In this document: positions 47,282-57,329 of the stretch, piece by piece
Numbering within the stretch: position 1 is the stretch's first letter
Layout of the letters: each line of letters starts with the position of its first letter
Assembly (NCBI GenBank): GCA_002773535.1
Contig: PFAZ01000001.1
Location: 19,226 to 83,225, forward strand
From: Candidatus Harrisonbacteria bacterium CG10_big_fil_rev_8_21_14_0_10_40_38
Lineage (GTDB): Bacteria > Patescibacteriota > Minisyncoccia > UBA6257 > 1-14-0-10-40-38
Length of the DNA stretch: 64,000 nucleotides
Reading direction: 5' to 3'
Notes under the pieces: model-generated
The model's database searches: none
Told to the model about the DNA's origin: nothing
What the model saw: the letters and a program-made list of their open reading frames with translations, nothing else
Position numbers and translations under genes: made by a program

Positions 47282-47590
47282 ATGTTTAGAATTCACAAAG
47301 GAGACACAGTTTATATTCGCTCAGGCAAAGACCGCGGAAAGACCGGCAAAGTTTTGCATATCTATACAAAAACCGACCGCATTCAAGTTGAAGGCATAAA
47401 CGCCTACAAGAAAAATGCCCGACCAAAAAGAGAAGGTGAAAAAGGCGAGATAGTTACTCTCTTTAGATCCCTGCCAAGTTCTAAAGTTATGCCTTACTGT
47501 TCAAAATGTGGCAAAGGTGCAAGGATCAGCACAAGAGTTGACAAGAATAAAAAAGAAAAGTATTGCAGTAAGTGTGGTGTAACAATATAA
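47282..47590 (+). CDS. rplX: 50S ribosomal protein L24 (KOW) fused to a C-terminal C4 zinc ribbon
   Basis: IHKGDTVYIRSGKDRGKTGKV (KOW), then CSKCGK...CSKCG. The ORF track start at 47270 adds four residues. Confidence 0.85.
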   Translation: MFRIHKGDTVYIRSGKDRGKTGKVLHIYTKTDRIQVEGINAYKKNARPKREGEKGEIVTLFRSLPSSKVMPYCSKCGKGARISTRVDKNKKEKYCSKCGVTI

Positions 47591-47594
47591 AAAT

Positions 47595-48122
47595 ATGACA
47601 GCCGAAAAAATACAATTTGCAGACGACGCAAAGTCATTAACAAACGAGATTGAAAAAATCGTCGTTAATATCGGTGTCGGTAAAATTTCCGGCGAAGTCA
47701 ATTTCGAAGACAAAACACTTCCGAGTATCATCGAAGACGTAAGTCTTATAACGGGACAAAAACCATCAGTAAGATCTGCAAAGAAATCTATCGCAGGGTT
47801 TAAACTGCGTGAAGGCACTCCGGTTGGTGTCGTCGCAACACTTCGCGGACAGAGAATGGTTTTATTTTTAGAAAAACTTATTAAAGTAGTTATTCCTCGT
47901 ATCAGAGACTTTCGTGGTATAAAAACCGAAAGCGTTGACGAGGGCGGCAATCTTTCAATCGGAGTTCGAGAAAATATAGTTTTCCCGGAAATTAATCCGG
48001 AAGTTACAAAAGCTTCATTTGGTGTTCAAATAACAATTGTTCCCAAATGGAAAAAGAACAAAGAAGAAGCGTCGGAATATTTCAAAAAAATCGGAATCCC
48101 ATTTAAGAAAAAAGAATCATAA
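47595..48122 (+). CDS. rplE: 50S ribosomal protein L5
   Basis: [34 protein letters not shown]. Confidence 0.93.
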   Translation: MTAEKIQFADDAKSLTNEIEKIVVNIGVGKISGEVNFEDKTLPSIIEDVSLITGQKPSVRSAKKSIAGFKLREGTPVGVVATLRGQRMVLFLEKLIKVVIPRIRDFRGIKTESVDEGGNLSIGVRENIVFPEINPEVTKASFGVQITIVPKWKKNKEEASEYFKKIGIPFKKKES

Positions 48123-48124
48123 AT

Positions 48125-48310
48125 ATGGCAAAATCATCGATCATAGCGCGTGCGCGAAAAAAACCTAAGTTTTCTACGAGAATAGTCCGTAGATGTTTTA
48201 AGTGCGGCAGAAAACGCGGATATATCCGAGATTTTGGCCTTTGTCGAATTTGTTTCCGTGAACTTGCTTCTAAAGGCGAAATTCCGGGAATCAAGAAATC
48301 CTCTTGGTAA
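48125..48310 (+). CDS. rpsZ: 30S ribosomal protein S14 type Z (zinc-binding)
   Basis: 61 aa with [20 protein letters not shown]. Confidence 0.93.
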   Translation: MAKSSIIARARKKPKFSTRIVRRCFKCGRKRGYIRDFGLCRICFRELASKGEIPGIKKSSW

Positions 48311-48320
48311 ATATAAAAAT

Positions 48321-48704
48321 ATGTATACAGATTTGCTTACAAAAATTAAAAACGCCCAAGGTGCAAGAAAAGAGACCATGAAAGTCCCTTATTCAAACAT
48401 GGATCTAAAAATTGCCGAGCTTCTTCAGAAGTACGGTTATATCGAAAGTGTTGCTAAAAAAGGCAGGCTCCCAAAACGTGTACTTGAAATAAAACTTAAG
48501 TATGAAGGAAAAAAAGGAGTTATTACTGGTATAAAGTTTTTAAGCAAACCATCACGAAGGATATATTCCGGTTATGAAGATTTAAGACCAACAAAGCTTG
48601 GAGGGCACTCAACATCTGTTATTTCAACACCAAAAGGAATAATGAGTTTCAGACAAGCAAGGCGCGAAAAAGTCGGAGGCGAGCTGTTGTTTGAGATTTG
48701 GTAA
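48321..48704 (+). CDS. rpsH: 30S ribosomal protein S8
   Basis: MYTDLLTKIKNAQ.. at the conserved position. The ORF track start at 48234 is an upstream in-frame extension overlapping rpsZ. Confidence 0.9.
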   Translation: MYTDLLTKIKNAQGARKETMKVPYSNMDLKIAELLQKYGYIESVAKKGRLPKRVLEIKLKYEGKKGVITGIKFLSKPSRRIYSGYEDLRPTKLGGHSTSVISTPKGIMSFRQARREKVGGELLFEIW

Positions 48705-48710
48705 AAAAAT

Positions 48711-49262
48711 ATGTCAAAGATTGCAAAAAAGCCAATTGAAGTGCCTTCGGGAGTAAACGTGTCTATCAAAGAACACGAGATTGAAGTTACCGGAAAAGGC
48801 GGAACACTCATAGTTCCTCTTCTTTCAAACATCAATGCAGTTGCCGGAGAAGAAGGCATTACTCTCACTCCAAAAAATAAAATTGCCGAAACAAGGGCAA
48901 ATTGGGGAACTGTTGCATCACTTTTAAAAAATGCCACTCAGGGAGTTTCAGAAGGATTTACCAAAAGCCTAGAAATAGAAGGCATTGGTTTTAAGGCTGT
49001 TATGGAAGGAAAAACACTAGTCTTGAATGTCGGTTTTTCTCATCAGGTAAAATTTCCAACTCCTTCTGATGTCACTATTACAGTTGAAAAAAATATCATA
49101 AAAGTTTCTGGAATAGACAAAGAAAGAGTCGGGCAGACTGCGGCAGAGATAAGAAAGATTAAAAAACCGGAACCATACAAAGGAAAGGGTATTCACTACG
49201 TCGGAGAAGTCGTAAGAAGGAAAGCCGGTAAAAAGGTTGCAGGCTCGGGCGGAGGAAGCTAG
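48711..49262 (+). CDS. rplF: 50S ribosomal protein L6
   Basis: Two-domain L6 with KPIEVPSGVNVSIK... Confidence 0.92.
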   Translation: MSKIAKKPIEVPSGVNVSIKEHEIEVTGKGGTLIVPLLSNINAVAGEEGITLTPKNKIAETRANWGTVASLLKNATQGVSEGFTKSLEIEGIGFKAVMEGKTLVLNVGFSHQVKFPTPSDVTITVEKNIIKVSGIDKERVGQTAAEIRKIKKPEPYKGKGIHYVGEVVRRKAGKKVAGSGGGS

Positions 49263-49285
49263 AATAAGAACTCGCAAATAAATCT

Positions 49286-49642
49286 ATGAATCAGGCAAAA
49301 AAGCTAAACGAAAGACGAAAAAGAAGAGCTTCACGCACGCGAAGCGTTATTAAAGGCACACCGCAAATGCCTCGTCTTTCTGTATTTCGAAGCAGTCACT
49401 ACACATACGCCCAACTCATAGATGATGAAGCCAGAAAAACACTTGTGAGCGTTTCAACAAAAGCAACCGAAAAAGATAAGGCTACTAAAATTGAAAAAGC
49501 AAAAAAAGCCGGTGAATCTATTGCTGAAAAAGCAAAGAAGATTGGTATTGAAAAAGTCGTATTCGACAGAGGTTCATATAAATATCACGGTCGTGTTAAA
49601 GCGTTAGCCGAAGGAGCTAGAAGCGGAGGTTTAGTTTTCTAA
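49286..49642 (+). CDS. rplR: 50S ribosomal protein L18
   Basis: [18 protein letters not shown]...[20 protein letters not shown]. Confidence 0.92.
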   Translation: MNQAKKLNERRKRRASRTRSVIKGTPQMPRLSVFRSSHYTYAQLIDDEARKTLVSVSTKATEKDKATKIEKAKKAGESIAEKAKKIGIEKVVFDRGSYKYHGRVKALAEGARSGGLVF

Positions 49643-49646
49643 AATT

Positions 49647-50204
49647 ATGGCATTTGAAAGAAATCAAAGGAATCAAAGGAATATGCGCGGAGGCGTGAAA
49701 AAGGATGAATTTAATGAAAAGATCCTCGATCTTCGTCGTGTTACCCGTGTTACAAAAGGAGGCAAAAGATTTCGCTTTAGAGCGACCGTTATTATCGGTG
49801 ACGAGAAAGGAAGAGTTGGCGCAGGTATCGCCAAAGGTCTTGATGTCGCTCAAGCCGTAGACAAGGCAAAAACAGACGCAAAGAAAAAATTAATCCGCGT
49901 CCCGCTTAACGGAAGAACAATCACTCATGAGGTAGAAGCAAAATTTTCTGCTGCTAAAGTCAGATTAAAACCTGCTCGCGAAGGTCATGGTCTTATCGCC
50001 GGTGGCGCAGCAAGAACAGTTTTGTCTCTTGCGGGCATTAAAGACATCACAGCAAAATGCATCGGCCGCACACCAAACAAACTCACAAACGCTCTCGCTA
50101 CCATCGAAGCGCTAAAAATGCTCAAGCCAAAGCCGAAAAAAGTTAAAACCGAAAAGCCAAAAACCGAAGAAGGTGTAAAAGAAGAAACGCCGATCAATGC
50201 TTAA
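49647..50204 (+). CDS. rpsE: 30S ribosomal protein S5 (followed directly by L15; no L30 gene)
   Basis: RVTRVTKGGKRFRFRATVIIGD..GRVGAG. Confidence 0.95.
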   Translation: MAFERNQRNQRNMRGGVKKDEFNEKILDLRRVTRVTKGGKRFRFRATVIIGDEKGRVGAGIAKGLDVAQAVDKAKTDAKKKLIRVPLNGRTITHEVEAKFSAAKVRLKPAREGHGLIAGGAARTVLSLAGIKDITAKCIGRTPNKLTNALATIEALKMLKPKPKKVKTEKPKTEEGVKEETPINA

Positions 50205-50218
50205 ATTTACATAAAACT

Positions 50219-50653
50219 ATGCAGCTTCATGAATTAAAATTAAATAAACCTCTAAAGAAAACGAAACCAAGAGTTGGACGTGGTGGAAAGCGTGGAACAA
50301 CAGCCGGCCGCGGAACCAAAGGTCAGAAATCTCGCGCAGGTCACAGAATGCGACCAATGTATCGTGATCTTATTCAGAGACTTCCAAAGCTTCGCGGTGT
50401 AAAAAACCCTTCCGTAAAAGCAAAAAGAGGATTGAAACCGACTGAAATTAATGTGGATAAACTTTCAAAAGTTATTAAAGGAAACGAAGTTAATCCAAAA
50501 ACTCTTGTCGAGGCACGTGTTATAAAGAAAACATCACAACCGGTAAAAATTCTTGGAACCGGAGAAGTATCACGCGCTTTTGAGGTAGAGGGAGTTAGCG
50601 TTTCGAAAACCGCTAGAGAAAAGATTGAGGCTAAAGGAGGAAAAATAAAGTAA
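50219..50653 (+). CDS. rplO: 50S ribosomal protein L15
   Basis: LKKTKPRVGRGGKRGTTAGRGTKGQKSRAG. Confidence 0.93.
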   Translation: MQLHELKLNKPLKKTKPRVGRGGKRGTTAGRGTKGQKSRAGHRMRPMYRDLIQRLPKLRGVKNPSVKAKRGLKPTEINVDKLSKVIKGNEVNPKTLVEARVIKKTSQPVKILGTGEVSRAFEVEGVSVSKTAREKIEAKGGKIK

Positions 50654-50658
50654 ATTTC

Positions 50659-51930
50659 ATGGGAAAATTTCTTCAGATTTTTACAGTACCAGATCTTAGA
50701 AAAAAAGTTTTTATGGTCCTTATATGGCTCGTTCTTTTTCGCGCGCTCGCAGCCATACCAATCCCAGGTGTAAATCCTGAACAGGTTAGAAATTTCTTTG
50801 CTGGTAACGAAATATTCGGACTCTTTAATCTTTTCTCTGGAGGCGCCTTATCAAACCTTTCTGTAATCATGTTAGGTGTTGGTCCTTATATTACTGCAAC
50901 CATCATCATGCAGCTCTTAACCATGATCTTTCCTAGGCTTAAGGAAATTTATTATGAAGAAGGAGCGGCGGGAAGAGCCAAGTTTAATAGGTACTCAAGG
51001 TGGCTCACTATCCCTCTTGCATTCTTCCAGTCATATGCATTTTTGAGGATTTTGGCATCACAAAATGTTGTAGGTTCGCTTTCAAAAGGGGAGCTCGTAA
51101 TAAACGTTCTTGCTATCACAGCCGGCTCGGCGATCCTTATGTGGATTGGTGAGCTTATCAGTGAATACAAGATAGGAAACGGAATCTCGCTCCTCATTTT
51201 TGCAGGTATTGTAAGCTCTTTACCGTCATTTATCAGTCAGATTGTTACAAATCCAGGGCAGATTGATTTTGCGACATATATAGCATTCGGACTTCTTTCA
51301 TTATTGATTATCGCCGGCGTTGTTTTTGTAAGTCAGGGCGAACGCAAAATCCCAATCTCATACTCCAAGAGAATCAGAGGCAACAGAATGTACGGCGGCT
51401 CTGTAAGCTATCTTCCTCTTAAAGTAAATCAGGCAGGAGTTATCCCAATTATCTTCGCTATCTCCATTCTTATCTTTCCGCAATTTATAGCCCAACTTGT
51501 AGCCATCTTTTCGGTGAGCGCCTCAAACAAAGTCGCAGGCATCATGGGAGTATTTTATAACAATCAGATTCTCTACAGCATCGCTTACTTCCTATTAGTT
51601 GTCGTCTTTACATACTTCTATACGGCAATCACTTTTGATCCAAAAGAAATTTCAAAAAATCTTCAAAGAAGCGGAGGCTTCATACCGGGCATCAGACCGG
51701 GAGATCCGTCAGGAGAATTTCTCTCAAAGCTTACAAAAAGGATTACTCTTTTCGGCGCAATCTTTTTGGGACTTATCGCAGTTTTGCCTAATATCACACA
51801 AATTGTTACCGGAACACAACTTCTTACTCTAGGAGGAACATCGCTCCTTATTGTTGTGGCGGTAGCATTGGAAACAATGAAACAAATAGACTCACAGCTT
51901 GTACTTCGTGAGTACGAAGGGCTTGAGTAA
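50659..51930 (+). CDS. secY: Protein translocase subunit SecY
   Basis: 10-TM protein with ...GVNP...GIxPYITAxIIMQLL motifs. Confidence 0.95.
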   Translation: MGKFLQIFTVPDLRKKVFMVLIWLVLFRALAAIPIPGVNPEQVRNFFAGNEIFGLFNLFSGGALSNLSVIMLGVGPYITATIIMQLLTMIFPRLKEIYYEEGAAGRAKFNRYSRWLTIPLAFFQSYAFLRILASQNVVGSLSKGELVINVLAITAGSAILMWIGELISEYKIGNGISLLIFAGIVSSLPSFISQIVTNPGQIDFATYIAFGLLSLLIIAGVVFVSQGERKIPISYSKRIRGNRMYGGSVSYLPLKVNQAGVIPIIFAISILIFPQFIAQLVAIFSVSASNKVAGIMGVFYNNQILYSIAYFLLVVVFTYFYTAITFDPKEISKNLQRSGGFIPGIRPGDPSGEFLSKLTKRITLFGAIFLGLIAVLPNITQIVTGTQLLTLGGTSLLIVVAVALETMKQIDSQLVLREYEGLE

Positions 51931-51956
51931 ACGCACCTTTAAAAAAGGAGGATATT

Positions 51957-52328
51957 TTGGGCGTCATAGAGAACATCATTGAGAGTTTGAAGAACGATCA
52001 ATACATCGAGGAGCTTTCAAAAAATCGCGGAGGAATTTATCACAAAGAAGACGATCTCTTGTTCGTTTTTGTTGATGAAGTCGACAGCTGTGATATAGAA
52101 TTTGTCGACAGACATCTCGACATATTGGTGAAAAACGGAAATGGGAGAACCGTCGTAGGTTTGAGAATTCACAGCATCCAAAAATCGCTCGATGCCTTAG
52201 GGGAATCTCTGTATAAAATTCTGGATGTTGCAGAGGAAAAGAATTTGATCCAAAACCCTGCCGAAAAACTCGGCTATGAAAAAGCCAGGCTCATTGCCAA
52301 AGAAATCCCACTTATAAAGTGGAACTAA
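51957..52328 (+). CDS. Hypothetical protein (123 aa, TTG start with aaggagg SD) inserted between secY and adk
   Basis: A strong SD lies 7 nt upstream of the TTG; no recognisable motif; a hairpin lies downstream. Confidence 0.45.
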   Translation: MGVIENIIESLKNDQYIEELSKNRGGIYHKEDDLLFVFVDEVDSCDIEFVDRHLDILVKNGNGRTVVGLRIHSIQKSLDALGESLYKILDVAEEKNLIQNPAEKLGYEKARLIAKEIPLIKWN

Positions 52329-52329
52329 A

Positions 52330-52354
52330 CAGGGCGAACTACTAGTTCGCCCTG
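52330..52354 (+). terminator. Stem-loop (weak terminator) after the secY-proximal hypothetical gene
   Basis: cagggcgaact-acta-gttcgccctg 11-bp stem; the T-run lies about 18 nt downstream. Confidence 0.4.
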
Positions 52355-52412
52355 AACTCATAATTAAGCAATTTTTTAATTGTAGAATTTCTGCTAAAGT
52401 AGTGTAAAAGCA

Positions 52413-53099
52413 ATGTCAAAAGCAATAATCCTCTACGGACCCCCCGGATCAGGTAAAGGCACTCAAGCATCAATACTGGCCAAAGAAATGGGCCTTATTC
52501 AGTTTGATATAGGATCACTCCTCGAAAAAATCGTCCACGACAAAGTAAACAGCAAAAACAAAAAAATCGCCGAACAGAGAGAAATTTTCGACAAAGGCGG
52601 TTTAAATGACTCAGAGTGGGTAAAGGAAATTGTGACTCCATACATCGAAGCAATAGGTAAATCCGGTTTTGGTATTGTGCTAAGCGGATCACTAAGAACA
52701 ACAGACGAAACTTTTGGTAAACAAAACAAGGAAGGCCTCTTAGATATTCTAGAAAAATCATTTGGCAAGAAAAATATTTTCTTCGGATTCCTTGAGGTGT
52801 CTCCCGAAACATCCATTAAAAGAAACAGTCATCGGCTGATATGCACCGTATGTGGCACGCCGATGCAGGCAAGAGCAAATCTTAAAAAATGTCTTTTCTG
52901 CGGAGGAAAATTAAGAAAGAGGAGTTTAGACAAACCGGAGATTATCAAAGTGCGTCTCAAAACATTTAAAGATCAAACAGAGCCGGTCATCCACGGCCTC
53001 AAAAAACGTGGATATGCAATTTACAAAATAAACGGAGAAGGAGAGCCTCACGAAGTATATGAAAGATTGATTAAAAAAATTGACTCATGGCAGAAATAA
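52413..53099 (+). CDS. adk: Adenylate kinase (with Zn-lid CxxC...CxxC)
   Basis: ILYGPPGSGKGTQA; CTVCG...CLFCGG. Confidence 0.93.
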   Translation: MSKAIILYGPPGSGKGTQASILAKEMGLIQFDIGSLLEKIVHDKVNSKNKKIAEQREIFDKGGLNDSEWVKEIVTPYIEAIGKSGFGIVLSGSLRTTDETFGKQNKEGLLDILEKSFGKKNIFFGFLEVSPETSIKRNSHRLICTVCGTPMQARANLKKCLFCGGKLRKRSLDKPEIIKVRLKTFKDQTEPVIHGLKKRGYAIYKINGEGEPHEVYERLIKKIDSWQK

Positions 53100-53845
53100 A
53101 AACAAAAGAAGAAGTAGAAAAAATTCGCGCAGCGGGGAAGATTCTTGCAAAAGTTTTAAAAGAAGTGAGTATTGCGGCAGAAGAGGGGGTATCGGGCAAA
53201 GATCTTGATAAACTTGCGCACGATCTCATTATAAAAGCTGGTGCAGAGCCCGCTTTTTTAGGCTACCAACCGGGAGGAGCTGCACGACCCTTTCCTGCAA
53301 CACTTTGCCTTTCGATAAATGATTGCATCGTCCACGGCGTCCCTGGGAGTAGACGCTTAAAACAAGGCGACGTCGTAAAGTTAGATCTCGGAGTAAGATA
53401 TAAAGGGTATTGTGCTGATGCTGCAGTAACTGTCGTCATAGATCCGGGCTCAGATGAAGCGAGAAAATTAATCAAAGCCACAGAAGATGCGCTTGAAGAA
53501 GCAATAAAAGTTGCGCGACCGGGAAATACTTTTGGTGATATAGGTTACGCAATCAGTAAAACAGCTTCAAAAAGGGGTTTCAAAGTGTTAAAAGAACTCA
53601 CAGGCCATGGAATAGGAAAAAACGTCCACGAAGAGCCAACTGTATTTAATGAAGGCGAACCGGGTAGGGGACGCATGATAAAAGCCGGAATGGTTCTTGC
53701 GATCGAGCCAATGTTTGCAATAGGTACACGCGAAATAAAACAGCTTCACGACGATGGCTACGCAACCGTAGATGGGTCACTCTCAGCGCATTCCGAGCAC
53801 ACAATTTTTGTCGGCGAAGATGAGACAGAAATCCTTACTCTATGA
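53087..53845 (+). CDS. map: Methionine aminopeptidase type I
   Basis: Pita-bread fold motifs: IVHGVPG, DVVKLDLGVRYKGYCAD, HGIGKNVHEEP. Confidence 0.93.
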   Translation: MAEIKTKEEVEKIRAAGKILAKVLKEVSIAAEEGVSGKDLDKLAHDLIIKAGAEPAFLGYQPGGAARPFPATLCLSINDCIVHGVPGSRRLKQGDVVKLDLGVRYKGYCADAAVTVVIDPGSDEARKLIKATEDALEEAIKVARPGNTFGDIGYAISKTASKRGFKVLKELTGHGIGKNVHEEPTVFNEGEPGRGRMIKAGMVLAIEPMFAIGTREIKQLHDDGYATVDGSLSAHSEHTIFVGEDETEILTL

Positions 53846-54579
53846 GCAAACCGTTTATTTCAGTCATTATTCCGGCTAAAGGTGATTTCGAAAATTTACC
53901 GCTTTCACTTTTGGACATAAATTACTTTCTCGAAAAAAAATTTGAAGAGCCACACGAAATAATGGTGATAGATTCGGGACTCGAAGACGAGTGTAGAACA
54001 ACGATGTCTAAATTTGAGGAGAAAATGAAAAATTTTAAACTCCTCACAAACTCTGTAAACGAAGGAACGGGAAGATCAATCAAGATGGGCATGCTCACAT
54101 CAAGCGGCTCATGGAAAGCGATTCTTGGCGGCGATGAAGGTGAAAAAATCAATTCGCTCTCATACATGATTCCCTTTATGAAACCATCGCCCAGAGCAGA
54201 TATTTTAATAGGCACCACTCCATTAAAAAATGTTGTTAAAGAAGCACCGCATTACTTGCCTATAAAATTTCTCCAGATCGCTTACAATTTTTTTATCAAA
54301 ATTCTATTTCGAGCGAGGATTGAAGACTCGTGGTCAGATGTAAGATGTTTCTCAGAAAACTCAGCTGAAAAAATTTTTTCTATGCTAAAATTTGATTCAA
54401 ATATTTACGGACTTGAATCTCTCGTTCTAGCCGACAGAATGGGTTTAAGAATCCGTTATGTAGATATTCCCCTTGATAAAGAAAGCGCTATGTTTTCCCT
54501 AAAAAATTACTTGCAAATGATAACCGGAGCCATTAGAATGCGTTGGTGGCTTTTTAGAAAAAAATACGCCCTTAACTAA
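53842..54579 (+). CDS. Family 2 glycosyltransferase
   Basis: ISVIIPAKGDFENL and the DSGLEDE pattern of GT2. Confidence 0.6.
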   Translation: MSKPFISVIIPAKGDFENLPLSLLDINYFLEKKFEEPHEIMVIDSGLEDECRTTMSKFEEKMKNFKLLTNSVNEGTGRSIKMGMLTSSGSWKAILGGDEGEKINSLSYMIPFMKPSPRADILIGTTPLKNVVKEAPHYLPIKFLQIAYNFFIKILFRARIEDSWSDVRCFSENSAEKIFSMLKFDSNIYGLESLVLADRMGLRIRYVDIPLDKESAMFSLKNYLQMITGAIRMRWWLFRKKYALN

Positions 54580-54590
54580 CAATTAAATTC

Positions 54591-55049
54591 ATGGAATATT
54601 ACCTCACCGCAGAACGTCTCGAAGAGATAAAAAAGGAATTGGAAATATTAAAAACAGAAAGGCGACTTGAGGTCGCTAAAAGATTAAAAAGAGCAAAAGA
54701 ACTTGGAGACCTTTCCGAAAATTCCGAATATATTGAAGCTCGCGAAGAACAGAGTAGAGTTGAGCGTCAGATTTTTGAATACGAACAAATGGTAAAAAAT
54801 ACCATCCTTATCACAAAACCGGTTGAGAATGTAGACACTATCCAAATCGGTTCTACATTTGAAGTTGAAAAAGAAGGCACTAAAACAAAATTCACAATTG
54901 TTGGATCAAATGAAGCAAAGCCTGAAGCCGGTCTTATTTCAAACGAATCTCCATTAGGAAAATCTTTCCTCGGTAAACGCGTTGGCGATAAAGTTTCAGT
55001 CAAAGTTCCAAAAGGGGAAGTAACTTACAAAATAACAAACATAGAGTAA
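54591..55049 (+). CDS. greA: Transcription elongation factor GreA
   Basis: LTAERLEEIKKELEILK...LGDLSENSEYIEAREEQ and a C-terminal FKBP-like domain. Confidence 0.9.
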   Translation: MEYYLTAERLEEIKKELEILKTERRLEVAKRLKRAKELGDLSENSEYIEAREEQSRVERQIFEYEQMVKNTILITKPVENVDTIQIGSTFEVEKEGTKTKFTIVGSNEAKPEAGLISNESPLGKSFLGKRVGDKVSVKVPKGEVTYKITNIE

Positions 55050-55055
55050 TTTTTC

Positions 55056-56510
55056 ATGTTAGAAGATCTCATTGCTGAAAGGCGCAAAAAGCTTGAGAGA
55101 CTAAAAGAAGAAGGTCGGGACGCATACCCCGCCAAGATTAAACGCACCCACGAAATCAAAAGTGTTCGGGAATCATTTTCGACATTCGAAAAAAACAGCG
55201 CAAAAATAACCGTTGTGGGCAGAGCGCGTGGTCTGCGCGTACAAGGCGCGCTCATGTTTGTTGATCTGGAAGATGGAAGCGGAAAGATTCAGCTCGTAGT
55301 AAAAAAAGAAAATGTAAAAGGTTTTGAGCTACTCCAAAGCACCATAGACATTGGTGATTTTTTGGAATGTACCGGAACTGCCTATAAAACAAAAAGAGGA
55401 GAGGAGAGTATAGAAGCAAAAGATTTAAAAATCATTTCCAAAAGTCTCCGTCCACTTCCGTCCAGTTGGCACGGACTTGAAGACCCCGAAACAAGACTAA
55501 GAAAAAGATACCTCGACCTTATAATGGATCCGGAGCAAAGAACGCTTTTTACAAAAAAAGCGCAGTTTTGGAATACCATGAGAACCTATCTTATCGAAAA
55601 CGGATTTCTGGAAGTTGAAACACCGGTTTTAGAATCAGTTCCGGGTGGCGCTGAAGCAGAACCGTTCACTACTCATCACAACGCGCTTGATACAGATTTT
55701 TATCTTCGCATCTCTCTCGAGATCGCTTTAAAAAAACTTGTCGTCGCTGGCTTTGAAAAAGTTTTCGAAATCGGACGCATTTTCAGAAACGAGGGGATAG
55801 ACGCCGAACATCTGCAGGACTACACCCAAATGGAATTTTACTGGAGTTATGAAGACTACAACGGTCTCATGAAGTTTGTCGAAGACATGTACAAAAAAAC
55901 CATCAAAGCAGTTACAGGATCGCTTACTACAGAATGGGATGGCAAAAAAATAAATTGGGGCAAAAAATGGAAAAAAATAGAATACTACGAAATTTTTAAA
56001 GAAAAAGTTGGGCTTGATCTCGAATCAGCAACCGAAAGCAAACTAAAAGAAAAAGCAAGATCATCAGGCATAAAAATTGAAAAAGGCATGGGCCGCGGCA
56101 GACTCATAGATGTTTTGTTTAAAAAATTTGTAAGACCTCACCTTGTTGAACCAGCGTTTCTTATAAATCCTCCGGTAGATATTGAACCGCTTGCAAAACG
56201 ACTTGAATCCCACAAAGACAGAGTAGAGAGATTTCAGGTTGTTGCTTGCCGAACAGAGTTAGGTAAAGGATTTTCGGAATTAAACGATCCCATAGATCAG
56301 CGCGAGAGATTTGAGGAGCAAATGCGTCTCCGTGATGCAGGGGACAGCGAAGCGCAGAGACTCGATGAAGACTTTCTCGAAGCTATGGAATACGGCATGC
56401 CCCCAACCGCCGGCTTTGGTGTGTCTGAAAGACTTTTCGCTATTCTTATGAATAAACCCATTCGTGAAACAGTCTTCTTTCCTCCAATGCGCCCAAAGAA
56501 AAGTGAATAA
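55056..56510 (+). CDS. lysS: Lysyl-tRNA synthetase (class II)
   Basis: OB-fold N-domain; class II motifs FRNEG and GMPPTAGFGVSERL. Confidence 0.93.
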   Translation: MLEDLIAERRKKLERLKEEGRDAYPAKIKRTHEIKSVRESFSTFEKNSAKITVVGRARGLRVQGALMFVDLEDGSGKIQLVVKKENVKGFELLQSTIDIGDFLECTGTAYKTKRGEESIEAKDLKIISKSLRPLPSSWHGLEDPETRLRKRYLDLIMDPEQRTLFTKKAQFWNTMRTYLIENGFLEVETPVLESVPGGAEAEPFTTHHNALDTDFYLRISLEIALKKLVVAGFEKVFEIGRIFRNEGIDAEHLQDYTQMEFYWSYEDYNGLMKFVEDMYKKTIKAVTGSLTTEWDGKKINWGKKWKKIEYYEIFKEKVGLDLESATESKLKEKARSSGIKIEKGMGRGRLIDVLFKKFVRPHLVEPAFLINPPVDIEPLAKRLESHKDRVERFQVVACRTELGKGFSELNDPIDQRERFEEQMRLRDAGDSEAQRLDEDFLEAMEYGMPPTAGFGVSERLFAILMNKPIRETVFFPPMRPKKSE

Positions 56511-56555
56511 AGTTCTTTGTGCTAAATCAGTGATAGGTGTAAACTAAAAATAGTT

Positions 56556-56804
56556 TTGGCGTTACCCTTCTTACGAAAGGAGCGTGCATTGATAAACAAA
56601 TTAACCCCGGGACAAGACAGGAGAGAAACAAGCAGAATCATCAATATGCTCAAAGGGCGTGGCATTAAGGTGAAAGTGTTGAAGAGAAAAAAAACCGACA
56701 CTCACCGACGCGCCCAGTTTGAAACACAGAACGGAGACATACTCTGCAAAGGAGAAGAAGGAATCATAAGATACCTCTCAGGAAGTCCAAAAGAAAGCGC
56801 CTGA
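56556..56804 (+). CDS. Small basic hypothetical protein (82 aa, TTG start) followed by a strong terminator
   Basis: An ORF with a terminator at 56831..56866; no motif. Confidence 0.3.
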   Translation: MALPFLRKERALINKLTPGQDRRETSRIINMLKGRGIKVKVLKRKKTDTHRRAQFETQNGDILCKGEEGIIRYLSGSPKESA

Positions 56805-56830
56805 AATGCCCCACAGTTCGCGACCAGATA

Positions 56831-56866
56831 GCCGTGCTCATCTAAAATGAGCACGGCCTTTTCATT
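56831..56866 (+). terminator. Intrinsic terminator
   Basis: gccgtgctcat-ctaaa-atgagcacggc 11-bp stem followed by cttttcatt. Confidence 0.75.
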
Positions 56867-56899
56867 GCTAAAAAATCCAGATTTTTATACAATTAGCTC

Positions 56900-57283
56900 A
56901 TGAAAAAAGTAATGATATTTGGTATCTTTGACGGCACACACGAAACACACAGCGAACTCTTTGCCGAGGCAAAAGAGCGTGGAGATCACCTTATTGCAGT
57001 TGTCGCGCAGGATCACATTGTTCACATGTTAAAGGGTCACGAACCGACAAAAAACCTTGCCGAGAGATTCGATCACCTTGCGAAACAAGATGGGGTAGAC
57101 GAGGTTCTGATAGGAGACGCAGAGCTCGAAACTTGGAATATAGTAAAACGCCACCAGCCCGAAGTCGTAGCTTTCTCTCGTGATCAAGAAGCTCTAATGA
57201 ATGACTTCAAATCAAATATGGAAAAACTTAGCTACACTCCAACGATTGTTATGCTCAAAAACAGCGAATCCAATAAAAAATAA
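56900..57283 (+). CDS. Cytidylyl/adenylyl-transferase-like nucleotidyltransferase (HxGH motif)
   Basis: IFGIFDGTHETH matches the (T/H)xGH nucleotidyltransferase motif. Confidence 0.5.
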   Translation: MKKVMIFGIFDGTHETHSELFAEAKERGDHLIAVVAQDHIVHMLKGHEPTKNLAERFDHLAKQDGVDEVLIGDAELETWNIVKRHQPEVVAFSRDQEALMNDFKSNMEKLSYTPTIVMLKNSESNKK

Positions 57284-57329
57284 AATTCCTAAATTTTCCA
57301 TTTTGATTTTTGATTTATAATTTATAAAC

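Noticed and set aside
40823-48937. Numerous minus-strand ORFs across the tuf/ribosomal cluster
   Set aside because: All are antisense to conserved ribosomal protein genes with clear homology. They are typical spurious antisense frames.
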